NCBI GenBank assembly: GCA_030141605.1
Contig: JAQGDQ010000047.1
Coordinates: forward strand, 1-64,000
Direction of reading: 5' to 3'
Length of the DNA: 64,000 nt
From: Tubiluchus corallicola
Taxonomy: Eukaryota > Animalia > Priapulida
Below, one piece after another: positions 25,218 through 39,500 of this stretch (position 1 is its first letter; each line of letters opens with the position of its first letter). The translations under genes and the position numbers were made by a program. The notes under the pieces are model-generated. The model was not told where the DNA came from and did no database searches. It saw nothing but the letters and a program-made list of their open reading frames with translations.

Positions 25218-26755
25218 CGTTCGTAATAATAGTTATAATACTAGCATTTTTTACATACAAAGTTGTTCATATGGTGTGAGAAATGGCATTTTTGATTAAA
25301 TGTGAACTGTGTCAGATTCTTTCGACATGCATAGTGTTCCATTGTAAAGTATTGTCAAATGTTGTTTTTTCTTAGCAGTCTTCTCGTACTTTTACCAGCA
25401 CTTTTCTGAATAAATGAAAACGTTGCATACTTAAAGTTAAGCCAAAATTTTTCTTTCATATTGATTATGACGATTGTAGAATGTCTACATTTCATTATCT
25501 TCAATAAGGGAACACACAATAGGATAGAAATATGAAATGCCATTCTTGAGTCACGTGATGCTCTTGTTTGTTTTATACAGTCTGTTAAATTAATTAGGCA
25601 TTCATTACTTTCCTGTATGTTTGATTTTGATTTTTTTACTGGCATAATTTATTATTGTAGCGTGAGGTGACTGGGCTAATTAATAAATTCAGATGAGAAT
25701 TTGCTATATTTTTGCTCTCTTACTTAATACATCATATTAGTAGTAAACGATTTCATAGCTGCACTTCAGCTGTTTTTAACTTTCAATCAAAGCATTATTT
25801 ACTGACTACAGGTAATTGTGTCGTACTGCTACAAGTTTCAATAACCTAAACACACCTAACCTGACAGTTGCACAATCATGTTAGGCACGAATTAATGTGT
25901 AAACAAGGCATTTTGTAATAATATGATAAGTGCCAAAGTAGTTACTGAAAGTTTAGTTTTCATAATACAATGTACATATTCATTATTAAAAATACAATCA
26001 CTATTGGTTAGAAAAAGCAGAATCAAAGTGCAGCAAAATTGTGTATATGTACAAATTCAAATTTACAGTGATATTTACACAATTATTTAACACTACATGA
26101 ACAGTTTAGGAGTCAACATCTACGATAATTCTAGCATATTGTTTTATGCAAGGAGAATTTGGATTTTATCATTTTTGTTTAAATTATGTTAAAATTACTC
26201 ATTCAATAAGTTACACTATTTTTACATGACTGTAATTGCAAATATGCAAAGTCTGTTTGAAATTTAGTACTTTATCAGCCTTGCATTATCTTTGTTGTTG
26301 TTATATAGCCATGGTCCTTAGCCATTGACCTGAATTGCTAATGTTCTAAGTAGACCCCTGCCACACCAAGTTCAGAAACTTTTTTTGTTGTTGTTATTTG
26401 TGGGTTCTAATACATTATTAGAGTCAGGAATTCTCCTATGCAAAATTGGAATCGATGCCTATTTGAGCAAAGTTAAAGAGGTGTAGCCCTAGAGTCTATA
26501 GTAGCTGTAGTGGATTCACAGTTTACTGAATTACTTCTTCAAAGTGTCCACGTTCGTAGCAAACATTTTGATTCAATCTCCCAAATACACTGTAATGATT
26601 TTCTTTCCATAGCAGGGTGGTTCTATTTCTACTGAAGTGTCTCTTTAATAAATAAGTCACAGCTGCAAGTTAGGACTGATTGGGAATTGAGTATTTGCAT
26701 TTTTGTACTCTGCCGTTCTTCTGCCACATTTTTATCTGACAATGGGTTAACAACA

Positions 26756-28079
26756 TTACATTGAAATCCATTCTGGAGGATAGCGATCAATGATTCGCAT
26801 TCGTGAAGCAAACGCTGATCCAGGCACAGTTGAGTTTGCATCGTAAATCACGGTCCCTTTGCACAAGTAGCCACCCCACCAACCAAATGTTCCTACTGTC
26901 ATAATCACATGATGGCTATGAGCTAAAATACACATGTCAACTTTTGCCTCATTGTCATTCATAAAAATAATGTCCGGACCGCTCATGTTATCAGTACACC
27001 ATTGGAGATCATTACTTGTTACTAGAAATAGCACATTCTCATATCTTTCTCTAAAGTAACTCATTGCACGATTAATATAGTCAAAATTCGATATCCGTCT
27101 ACCATAGTTGTAAGATTTTGGATCACTGAAGTCTCCACGCCGCACATGTACACCTACTTTAATGTTATGTGCTCGAAGAGAAATGCCTCTTTCTTTAGCA
27201 GCCTTCTTGATTGAGCCTTGGGCCTGTGTAACAATTTCTGTTGAAAACTGAAACTGTTTGAGTATTTCTGTTCTCACATGATGAAAGTAGCGAAATGAGT
27301 GAAGGTTCATCTGGCCAACTGAGGTGTTCTGATTTGGTAACTTTTCCATAATTGTGTCATAAGTACAGCAATTTTGTGCCGTAACATATGTAAAATTACC
27401 CCTGTTAAAGTCGGCTTTTGTCAGATAAGTTGCAGACAAATTTGGAAATACTGTAACAATTTCGTCATCTCTCAATACACTTGGTCTCATGTGATTTGTA
27501 TTTGCAATACCATACATTGACGCATAACGAAATAGTTTATTTCCTAGTCCAACTTTGGAGCCTCCGTTTCCCACAACGAAGGCTTCTCGCATTTGTAACT
27601 TTTCCACAGATTGTGCAGCAGCCGAATTTGGGTGCCAATAATTATCATTTTGAAGTAGTTCATTAAGTGAATTAACATAGTTTGTAGTAGAATCTAGGAG
27701 ATTATTGCCAAACCAACAAATGGAAAGAATTCCCACTGTACCAGTAATCACCAGCAATGTGAATGGATTGAAAAAACGTGTAATACCTATGCAAAAAAGA
27801 ATAGTTCTAAAATTTGTGACGCAAATCGAGTAACCTGTTCCTTCTGTATCTACAGAGATTTCAGCAAGCAAGACACAAGTTTTATTTGGTTAGTTTTGTT
27901 TTATAGCAATGATCACCTGCTAGATTTATAGTCTTTATTCATAATAGCTGCACCTTGACCAGTTTTCTGATAAAAATTTGTTGCTTTACAGCTCTGTGAC
28001 AGTGTTTATAAAGTCTCCTGTATTTTTAACATTATATCATTTACTCACCTCTAGACCTGTATCTACCACGCAATCTCAT
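26756..28079 (-). CDS. Glycosyltransferase family 11, galactoside alpha-1,2-fucosyltransferase-like, about 374 aa
   Basis: Exon 28079-28049 (MRLRGRYRSR, donor gtgagt, phase 1) joins exon 27849-26756 in frame. N-terminal signal anchor, then GLGNKLFRYA, VGVHVRRGDF, FLVTSND, DMCILAHSHHVIMTVGTFGWWGGYL (GT11 motifs). The track ORF starts at an intronic TTG. Confidence 0.92.
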
Positions 28080-29807
28080 GTCAGCACATGCATTAAATTT
28101 TTAAAACGCACCTAAAGTTTTCAGGTAACTATAACAATCTTCAGCTTTTTTTGCTTAATTGTGCACTATTGATCTGCCATCAAGTACAGTAAACAGCACA
28201 GTCTTAAGCGTGATCAGGCATAATTCACAAATTTACATACTTGCAACCTTTGGATTTTTATATTGATGATCTGTTTGAAATAACAAACATACTGCAAGTA
28301 CTAATGCGCATGGCTAGTTTTATTTAGTTGATTATCCTATAACTTTAGAAAGGCATAAGGTTGTTGAAATACCATTAACCAAATTTACTTTATAACTTTG
28401 CAAATCATAATGCTTATATTTTAGTCCTGGATTCATAGCAGAAGTATAAGTCTTTGAGTCAACACTAAACTACAATAAATACTTAGGCAACCAAACTTTG
28501 GGTGCTTGTACTACCAGACAGCAAACAGATGACCTTAACTGAACTTTAACTGAATGGTCAATGGTCAAAGATCAATTAGAACTGAAAAACCAAGTATGGT
28601 TTGAGGTTAAATGTCATGTGCAATTCAAACCTATAAGGAGCTAGGCAACTAAATCTGGGTATTTTATACAACCAACGTGCTTAGACGCTGTGTACAAAAA
28701 ATAAACCTGAAGCCAACAAATCCAGAACATTTAAAAGCATTGCCAGAATGGTGCTGTCCAAAATAATTTCAACGAAAAGATTATGAGCCCCAAAATGAAA
28801 AGGTGAAAAAAGTTGCCTGGTGCACTCATTTCCAAATTGTTGGCTTAGTATGAAAAATAAAGAATGTAGGATATCCAGAATATATAATATAAATAATTTA
28901 GGTGTATATTGCAGCTTAGCGGTTTATATTTAAACAGTTTCTTGGTGTTAAGCAAAACAATTTCATTTCAAAGAATAAAACTTAAAGCCCCTCTTGATAC
29001 TAATTACAAGTAACCAACTATTTTGTTAATAAACTTAAATTGAACTAATTCAAACTGCTGTTTATGCTAACAATTTTCTTAGTAACGAATGGATTCAATT
29101 ATTACATAATTATAGTAAAGAAACCAAAAGGTTTGTCCAGAATTATATAATAGAAGTATGAACTGCGATATGGCTGAACTATACTAGTCAGTTTCTTGAG
29201 TGATTATTGGCTGAGGGTTCTTGCTGTTTTGCTGAGACGATTATTCCTCTTCGTCAAGGGCTGTAGAGTCATTCAATACTCTGGCTGACTTCCGGACCCT
29301 AATTACCAAATTTATAATGAGCAGTTGTGCTTAATAAAAGTCTAAGTTTAAGCAAATAGCACGTAGCACTGAAACATAGCATTATTTTTTTTCGTTTTCT
29401 CGGACGAACAACTTGGACCAGCATGTTTACTATATTTTGAACAAAATATGAGGTTACACTGTTCCTTTTGGTAGAATCCTTTCTGCTAACAACTCCAGTG
29501 TTAATGCGCTCTACATCAACAAGGGTATTTGTTGTGAGAGATTGGACTCGGCCGAGTTTATAGCCAAGAAAATCTCTTCACAACGCTTACATTAATTTAC
29601 ACGAAGCTCTAGGCTTAAACTATTAGTGGGATAACCTTATAATGCGCCACCAACAACTTAAACGCTTACGTGATGCTCATACGTTCGACGTTTTTACGAA
29701 ACAAAAATAAAGTTGTTTAAACTTTGCAAGTCCGTTATTTAGTAGTGGACATTACGCCTGAAGCACCATGAGGTGCGGGTGCATAAACGTTAATGTGAAA
29801 CGTAATA

Positions 29808-32800
29808 ATGCAAGAAGAAGACTTGTTAGACCGTTGTGACTTATCTGTCAATGCAAGGGCATTTTTTATAGACAAACTTCTTAATCATGTGCCTGACAAT
29901 AGCTGGTCTGAGAAGTCAGATGAATGCAACTATAGTATGAAAATAACGGAGAAGGTTAGTCCAGAAACTGGTAAGTTCTTAGTCAACTATAATGACATGC
30001 TTTGTTCATTCACTCTCTTTCCTCTCTCTCACTGTCTTTCTCTCTCTTTCTCTTTAGTTTTCTCTCTACCCTTTCCTACTTTCCGTCGTTCTCACATGTA
30101 CAACTTAGATGCTGAAAAGCTGTCTCGTTAAAGTGGGTTAAATTTTTACTGATTAACGTGTGTAATTAAAACGCCGTATATGAATGGTAGACATGAAGAT
30201 TCGCCTCTTGATTTGCAGACTTGCCTCTTGAGAAGTCTTTTTTAAAATTGCAGTTGACAATTTGTTAGAGGAGAATGAAAGCTCTTGCCATGTTATGCAC
30301 CTGCCTTTAGTTACGTGTATTCTACAAGGTAAAGGGTTATGGAATCAGTTTCATTCTCATGGGACAGAAATGATAGTAACAAAGTCAGGAAGGTATTGTT
30401 CACATTTGTCTCAACTTTTTATTGTCAAAGGTGATACAGCTTATAGTGCTGCTTCTTTTTATTAATAGATGTCGCCACCTTACGCGTAATATGCTATTAC
30501 CATCAATAAATATCAGTAAATGAATTTATGTAAGTAGTTTACAGCTTGAATGGATTCGAATCTTCAAAAGTAGGTTTCAATTTTATGGAACACAGTTGCT
30601 TACCTACTTTATAGGACAAATGTACATCCAAAAAAGGATTGCATTATATCTGCTAATAAAAACATCTTTGGTGTTATTCATGTATACTTATTCATTTGTA
30701 TTTTGTAGTTAATGCATTATTACTCAATTTGTTCTGCTGTTTCTTTTTTAATTTCAGTTTTCAATTACTTTTATAGGAGAATGTTTCCTACTTTGCGAGT
30801 TGCTTTCCAAGGCTTGCGAGCAGAAGAAAAGTACTCCGTGTTTCTAGAATTTTTGGCCATGGATAATCACAAGTACAGATTCTTTTATCATAGGTCAGAA
30901 TGGCTGAAGTCAGGAAAAGCAGAAGCAATGACTGAAACAAGGTAGATAATTAAATAATAATTAACTTAGTAACATGATGGAAAATAATTTAAATTTGCAT
31001 AAAAATATAGGTTATTTTATAGTGAATGAATGAAATGTTAAGTACAATAGCAGACCTGATGACTAACATTCACCACAGCTTGACACTGTTGACTATTATA
31101 TGACTACCATAATATTCTGTCTAGTTGCGTCTTAGTACATTTTTAAAGTTTCGTACGAAATTGTTTAATAATAACAGTAAACATGATCAAATTTTTTTAA
31201 CCTTGCTTCGTAGGTTAGTTCCTTACCCAGATTGTCCAATCAGTGGAGAAAGACTGGAAAAAACTGTTTTATCATTTGAAAAGGTCAAAATCTCTAACAA
31301 TGTGAACTGCAAACAAAACCACGTATGTTCTGTGTGCTTTGTAGTGCCCAGTTTTATATTCACAGGTTTTATGAAGACAAAGTTTCCTTTTCGCAGGTTG
31401 TTTTTCTGAACCTGTGACCTCACTTCCTTTACAATTCTACCGCATGGGTTTTGGTGCTTTTTTTTCTCTCGTAAATGTACGAGTTAGGGGACTAACATAG
31501 ATTTACATGAAATGTAGAGCATCAACGTGCAATTAAACTAATCACTAAGGATAAGGTACAATAACATGAGCATGATACAATGCTAGAGTAATATGGTACA
31601 GTTGATTCTTTCAGAAGTTGCACTTTGCTTTTAAGGCCCGTGTCACACAGAGCTGGACATAATCCGTAAGGCGCCTTACGCATTGATTAGTGGGCTACAG
31701 CGGTTTGCCTACCGTAAGGCGTTTGCCATAATCCGCAGTACATTCCTCACAAGCCGTTTTGGGCAGTTCATAAGGCGCCTTATCGTGAAATGAATTTGCT
31801 CATTAATTCTATGCTTGTCGCTAACGTGAAAATTAGTATAATTAAGCTTTTTTCTATACACAATTAATTTTGGTCATAAGAATTCATAACACTGACGTAA
31901 CCTAAACATTAAAAAGTATGTTTAACCCCTACTACACATATTTACGAATACTACATTACTAACAGTAAACATAAGAAAGGTATACTACATGCAGCCTGAT
32001 GCAGGAGGCTACCAGTCAATCGCATTATACAATGCGTGTTGACAATTTGTTATTCAGTAAAAAAGAAATCTGTTATTCTGTAGTGACTAATGTGTAACAG
32101 TATTTAAACAGTTGTTAATAAAATTTGAAATTAATACAAATATTTGACAATAAACTGTTCTGTCATATTAATGCATTATCTAGTCGTCTGTGCGTGAACA
32201 TGAAACAAACTGCCCATGAATTTCTAAGCGTACCGCGAGGCTTTTTTAGTATAACTGAACAAGCATTGTTTAATTATTTTTTCTGTTAGTAGATTGTGTA
32301 GTTTGTGATTATGTGTGGTTTCAGCTCACTGTACTAAGTTACTAGTGAGCATTGATATAGTAACTTATATAGTAACTATTAAACTATAGTATCTATTATA
32401 TTAAAATATAGTAGTTTCCTGCATTCCCAACAAAAGCGGATTATGGCAAAACGCCTTGCTAGTTACACAGAGCAAGGCGCATATCTCGGATTACGACATG
32501 CGCCTTACGGAAGATGGAAGACGCCTTATGGCTTACTCCTTCCGGCTTTTTCTGTGTGACGTTACGTTACAATGTCCTTTATGCCTTTCTTGCATCTGCA
32601 AGTTGTAGTGTTTCTTATATTCCCACCTACCTGAGCTCTCTCCACTGAATATGGAGTGGCTGCTTAATTTTGCTTCGCAGCAAGATTATATAAATAATAA
32701 TCACTGACAAAATAAACTTGAATAAAGGTTGAATAACAGTAAGCAGGCTTAGTTTACATCTCGCTCATTATGTTAAATATTAAGTAAATAGTTTTGCAAG

Positions 32801-34650
32801 TTTTTACTTGAGTCCCTAACATAAGACCCATTTTTAATTATTGACTTTCACAACTTTTGTGAAACATATATGTATTTTCATAAATTGTGTGCATTAAATG
32901 AAAACATGTTACTGATACTAATTATTGCATTTCTTATTTTTTGTAGGTTCAGCTTAAGTCTATGTATAAGTATCAACCGACAATACATCTAGTCTGTCAC
33001 AAAGATACACTGCATTGCAAGTTTTCCAGTGAGTTGAAAGGACTTGACCATCGAAGCTTCCAATTTCCTGAGACTCAGTTTATCGCTGTCACAGCATACC
33101 AAAATCAAATGGTAAATACAAAACAGCATACAGTCTAGCCTCGTTATCTCGCCCCTCATTATGCCGCCAAACTCGTTTCTCGCCATAGAAGAAAGTACCA
33201 GGATGGATTTCCTGCTTTAATATTTACCTCGTTAAGTCGCCACCCTCGCTTCTCGCCCTTGCCACGTCATGCTAGGATGAGTACTTATGTAAACTATATT
33301 CGTTATGTCGCCAAACAGACAAACTCAGAGGTGAATCGATCAATACATATGCCGCGTGTCGATCAATATAACCGTGGTATGTAGACAATGCTGCTGTACT
33401 CGATAGACAGACATAATTAATCTAGTGTGTGTCTCACCAGGATTAGATTAGGAGTGCTGTGGTTGGTTAACGGGCAGTTGCGATGAAGACGATGGCGCAT
33501 CTCATGTATCAAATGACCAGGCAGCAGCAGCTGTCGACACACTGATGCGATACTTTGAACAGACTAACAGAGTCACAAGCGACGATATTCAAGGATTGTG
33601 TTTGATTAAACGTCGTGTTGACTGCTTGCGTGTATCATCAATGAAACAGTCGTCTCTTCTGAATTATTTCAGTCGTCAGTAACTCATTTGTGAACATTTC
33701 TAAATCTTTTGCTAAGTTTATTGCATTTAAGTGTATACTCGAAAAAGGTTTTTTAAATAAAAAAGTAACATTCTAAGATTATTTTTATGACATTTTTTCA
33801 TTTCTGATTTAATGTTGATTGGTATCATAATGCGAAATATATTTTATATGTACATAGAGGAACACTATGTTAATCAACTATTATGTATATACATATAGAC
33901 TAACTTCGTTATATTCCCGTTATCTCGCCATACTCGCCTCTCGCCAAAAATTTGCCCTAGACGGACAGTGGCGAGATAACGAGGCTAGACTGTACATTTG
34001 TGCCAAATAAAAATTTACTACCAAAGACGTATTCTCTTGTACTACAATATTTAATACTATAGGCCTTTTATTTTATTCATAATGGAATTTATAAAACACA
34101 CTAAGGAACTCTCTGTGAATCAACACAAAATGAAAACGATATTTTGATTTTATAGTTGTCCAAGTCTTGTTAAAGTCAACAATAATATGTAAACTATTTT
34201 AAAAATTTGTTTTGGTTGCAGATAACAAAGCTGAAGATTGATAACAACCCATTTGCTAAAGGTTTTAGAGAACTATCAAGAAATTCTCGTACTGACAGTT
34301 ACATGCTACCGCTAAGGTAAATAATCTACTTAAGCAATTTAAGTAATTTTTTCAATTGGAATGGCCAATTCAATTTCATAAAGTAATATTTTAGAAATTA
34401 AGCTATATGTGCATATAACTGCAGTGTGATGTTAATGTCTGTTTTTTGTTTTAGGCGACAACATCACTCCTTTCTACCTCGTGTCATACCATTACCCATG
34501 ACAGAATACATGAAAGCACAGAGAAGTATGAGTACTTCAGTATTCAGTCAACAATGGCTTCTAAGGACAAATGTGTGCTACTCTTCTGACACTACTCACT
34601 ACACCAAACCCAGTCCTGTGCATCAGTACAATCCAAAGCTCAAGAACTAA
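29808..34650 (+). CDS. TBX20: Divergent T-box transcription factor, Tbx20/H15-like, 7 exons, 343 aa
   Basis: Exons 29808-29970, 30254-30392, 30777-30941, 31214-31322, 32947-33111, 34222-34316, 34455-34650; in phase. [75 protein letters not shown]; N-terminal eh1-like LSVNARAFFIDKLL. T-box is certain, Tbx20 orthology is tentative. Confidence 0.85.
31635..32566. mobile_element. Probable PIF/Harbinger-like non-autonomous element in T-box intron 4
   Basis: Ends taa|ggcccgtgtcacacag and ctgtgtgacgttacg|tta share an inverted GTCACACAG core; subterminal taaggcg/cgcctta repeats cluster at both ends around an AT-rich middle. Confidence 0.6.
33131..33992 (+). mobile_element. Non-autonomous pogo/Tigger-like element in T-box intron 5
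   Basis: Perfect 23-bp TIRs cagtctagcctcgttatctcgcc / ggcgagataacgaggctagactg, TA on both sides, subterminal tctcgcc repeats; remnant MKQSSLLNYFSRQ* at 33641-33682. Confidence 0.93.
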
Positions 34651-36533
34651 GCAGTAATGAAACATGATTAAGCCATACGCCTGATAAAAAGCATAAGCCT
34701 ATTGAAAACCATAGGAAAGGCAATGGCAGTGGGAAACAGATGAATGACTTTTGGAATAAAAAAGCAAAAACCTAAATGATCATGTAAAAAACCAACAGCC
34801 TACAGAGAGTTAAATAAAGTTTTTTTAGTTATAATTTATTAACACACAAATGACCAATTTTGGTGTTAAAATAATTGTAAAAAGTAAGTAAGAACATGAA
34901 ATACAGCAAAGAAATGAAACCTAGTGTTATTTCTTATCGCATTTATGAGACTATAGCATTATTACAGTAATCACTTTTCACCATTCAAATTAGTCTCTGT
35001 AAAAGGGATTAGTTGAAATGAATTATATATATTATCTAAGTAGCAAAATCAAATTGTTATCACATTTTCAAAAAAATTATAATAAAACTAGTGTATATAA
35101 CATAGTAAAATGCAGCACATAATACAATCTATTTATCCATAGAAACAAAAATTAACATAATGTACATGAACTGCAGTCTAAAATGTATTAACAGAAATGA
35201 GCAAAATTATGCTTGTGAAGAGACTGCTTAGACGCTAAAAAGTTTTTTAGGTAAGTGAACCATAATTCGAACAAAGTATAGCAAAAAGAATTTGCTTGAA
35301 GGTTTTACCAAAATATTTTCTTAACTGCCTTCACAAATCTTTAACTGCTGTGTTTGAATTTCAATTTCGATCAAAGAAACTTCAGATCTACAAAAAAGAG
35401 CTCACTCACAACAAAAAGCACCACATAACAAGTAACACAATAGTCTCAAGGAAAATAATCGGGAACGAAAAGTCTCCATTCTTCACCGTTAACAGCATTA
35501 TGCAGCGGTATTAGTACTGGACGTTAAATACTAATCTGACCATTATTTTATTTCGTTGTACCTAATGATAAGCAGATTGAAAAATTCTTTCACAGTTCTA
35601 CATTTGAAACACTGACTATGATGAAAACATTTGGGGACTGGACTATTAATATAGAAAATTAACCACACATTCTGATTGACAAAGACAAACTTTAAAAGCT
35701 TGATGTCTATATGACTGTCAACAATTCATTAAATTATACTAGTTTGAATAAGCCTTGGGCTTTAACACTTTTACTGACCCTTACACTTCTTTAGTCCTGG
35801 TCAAGCATCCTTTTTTATGAATGGACACTATTATTATTCCTACTACTATTCAAGCAACAATCTTTTATGCAACATTATTTTGAGCCACACAATGTGTTCT
35901 AGATGCACAATACTTGTTCAATAAACCATTTTGACACCAATTCACAATAATTCGGCTATAGCACTTTATTAACCACTATAACAGCTAGAAAACTTTGCCT
36001 TTCTTTTTCAGATACATCAGATGAGTTTATTCCAAAAACATACTTACATAACACTCTTCTCAGATCATACGTGTTTAGATAAAAACAGATTATTGTAAAA
36101 TGGGTTATAATTGTAAAAAATAAATAATCTTAAATAAATGCTTTCTTCACTTTACAATAAATAGTTAAGTTAATTTTTGCGTACAATAATGAATACTTAT
36201 TAAACAAAACTTTACATAGATACAAAGACAAGTTTTGCACAGATTAATTAAAAAGAATGTAATTAACTTCGCTGAGGATTTCGTAAAAAACCTCTCATAA
36301 AATGTTACATTTTGTTGCAGTGACACTTAATAAGAACTCCCTCTGTGTATCTAGAACTACAAAAATAAGCAAAATGAAAACCTATACATAATTTGATACA
36401 CTTTCTGCATATGTTGTACCTCTAAGGAGTATATCAGGTGTTTACTGAGATTCCTTAGTTAATAAGCAGCTGATATTCTAGTTTTCACCTGTTCTGATAC
36501 TGCAACATAATGAAGTTAATGGTGAAGGTTATC

Positions 36534-39500
36534 CTATGCCACTTTGATTTTTGTACCTGTAAACAAAAGAAAAAACATTAGTTGGGACCTTGCCCACACA
36601 AGTTGTTGCACTGTCACATCACTATTTATTTTATGAATTTCATTCATTCAAAATATCTGAAAAATTATAGATAAATAGTAATTACAAATCACAGAAATTT
36701 TGTTAGGACAAAGGGGAGTTTATTTCAAGCATGGGCTTATGCAAAGCAATTAAAAAATAAGAATTACAGTCATAACTAAGGCCGTATAACACTTTCTAAG
36801 TTGTTCTTACCCAAAGCCAAGAAGCAGAGTCAATGTTTACACCTAATTTAAGTATCAAAACTAAGATTACATTTTTCGTACATACTACCATATCAAAACA
36901 ACATAAATAACAAAGTTCTAAAATTTCCTGCTTCCATTTAAACATTCGTCTGCAGAGCCAGCAATGCAGGCAGTTTTAAAGCTAATACCAATTCACATTT
37001 GAGTACACTTTACCTGTGAAATGACTCACAATTTAATGCAAATTACAGATATTGGTCTTAATATCTATTCAGTTCGTTTTGGTAAAAAAATGCTTTAGTG
37101 TCTCGATCAATTTTCTGCCATTATTATTATTATTATTATTATCATCATCATTATCATTATTAACAACACACTTGTAACATGAAAATGCCTATACATTAAA
37201 CGAGACCTGTTTTAATGAGCCTCTGATTACCACGTGTGAATTTCAAACTCCCGTCAAATCTAAGTCATAGCTTACAGCGAGTTCCGATATTAAGTTTTTG
37301 TTTATTACAGTGAAATTTGTAACACATAGGCTAACTAGACTGTAGACTTAGTTATCAGATGATGTAGGCCCATATTCATAATTATAAATTTTATTGTGCC
37401 TGCACAGATACTAAAAAATAGCGGTGATATCCACCCAGACAGGTATTCGGTGTCTTAGGCAGCTTAAATGACAATAATGCAAATGCAAAACACAATCGGC
37501 TATCAGCAGATGTCATAATAATTACAGCAGTGGTTTAGAAAAGCAACTTGTGGGGCAATTCTTCTCAAGAACTATTGCATAAAATACTGCCTTAATCCAG
37601 AAATAACATAGTTTAATACCCCTTTGTGATAAAATGGTTGCTGAACAGTGACGTTCATTAAAAATCTTGTGCCAGTCTCAAAGGAATGTGCTCTTCACTG
37701 TTACATCCTATCAGCCTTATATAGGATTCACTTCTATCTTTTACATACAATCAAACAATTGACCTCGGGTATAATGAGATGCTGTTATAGTGATAAAATT
37801 TTTACAGTCCCTTGAAACTCGTTACAAGCGGATAATATTGCATTAGATATTCAATGTCATGGTACTTAAAAGTAGCTTCATAAAATAAGAACGAACATAA
37901 CCCTACGACAGTACATACATTAAAATTCAAGTTATACTAAAATAATGATGAATTAATTAAAATCTTATAAAAGCCAATGGGTTTCAGTTTTATTCCTAAG
38001 ACTTAGTACAGAGTCACAGTACACAGGAAAATGATACCAATTCATCTAGCAACTAAAAACTTTTTCTTCTGATATAGTATAGGTAGCTATGTTACACCCA
38101 TGGCACCATGAATTGGGTATTACTATAAAATGAAGAAATGGCTTACAACTAAGTGCATGTATAATTGCAGCGTTCAGCCAAAAAGAAAAAAAATTAGAAA
38201 ACAGATTACCACTAGCACTGGCTTCAACATCAGAGAGCTGATCCATACCATGTCTTAAATTTGGATCATCAGCTTCCTCACTTTTACCAAATGACCTAAA
38301 TAACGATTTTTACAGATTTATGCTGTTTTTGCAATTAAATGATTTCACCAGTTTAGTCATTAACTGTGAGATAGTATCTAACCAATTCTATACACTGCAA
38401 CATCTATTTTCCACAGCAGTCATTATGAATTTCATCAATCTACTAAACCTTAGTCTCATTCATAACCAAAAATGTTTCAAAGCTATTTATTATAATGTCG
38501 GGTTAAGAAATGAAATATTGTGTGACTAGCTTTGTAATCATTATACCAATACCACAAATAATTATTTTAAACGATTGCCAAAAAAGTTACAAGTTTCTAA
38601 TATACTAGTCATCACAGCCATAGAGAAAAGCACTTCAAAACACATATTTTGCAAACGCATCATGAAGTGTAATTGTCTGTTTAACTTAATTAAGATTTGC
38701 TTTTTTGGGGGGGATAATAACATTAAAAATAATGAAGCTAGATATTTGGTTTAGGGTCATTCTGGGTGTTCAATTTTCTCACAACTTTGATGATTCACTT
38801 TCAAACACAGACCCTCAGCCAAGACCTTCCAGATCAATTGAATGAGATGCCAATGCCGAGCTCATATGAGAAGCTTGGATATAACAGACGTATGTGATGC
38901 CAGTTAAAGACATCTATCAGGGTGTAATTGGTATTTGTAGTTTGTAAAGTGCCTCTAAATGATGCCCCAAAATGGCCTAAATTAAAAATAAAAGATATCA
39001 GTTGGTTTTAAGTTTATATTACACATAGCTTATGATCCACCAATGACAAACATTTTGAGTGAATGCCTGCAAGACACTCCAGTTCTTGTATTTAAAAGCA
39101 ATTCTAGAATTCCATTTATATAGAGCTGATACAGGATTCTTTAAGTAAGGGATATATATGGAATTGTAATATTTTTAAACTTAAGTTGATTAAATTGCAA
39201 GTATTATTTATTCATACTGTTTATTTTGTAAATAATTAAAGCAAGAAATTTACACATAATCCACAGCAAAATAAAGTTAGCTTTTTAGGATATGAGTTGA
39301 TTTGTCTTTTTAAAGACTTTATTCAAAATATGATCACAGTGTGCTGGCCTCTCAAAAGTCACCTTAGCGTGACATATTTTATCATTCAAGAAAAAGTCAC
39401 TGAAAACTATCAGTTTCCTCTTCAAAAGTCAAAATTACAGAGAAGAGAAGTGAATTTAAGTAGGAAAGATAAAATTGGCAAATTAATGTTTGAAGTAACT

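Noticed and set aside
26756-27871. GT11 gene as a bacterial horizontal transfer
   Set aside because: It has a spliced first exon, a type II signal anchor and host-like composition; single-exon catalytic domains are normal for animal FUT1/2-type genes.
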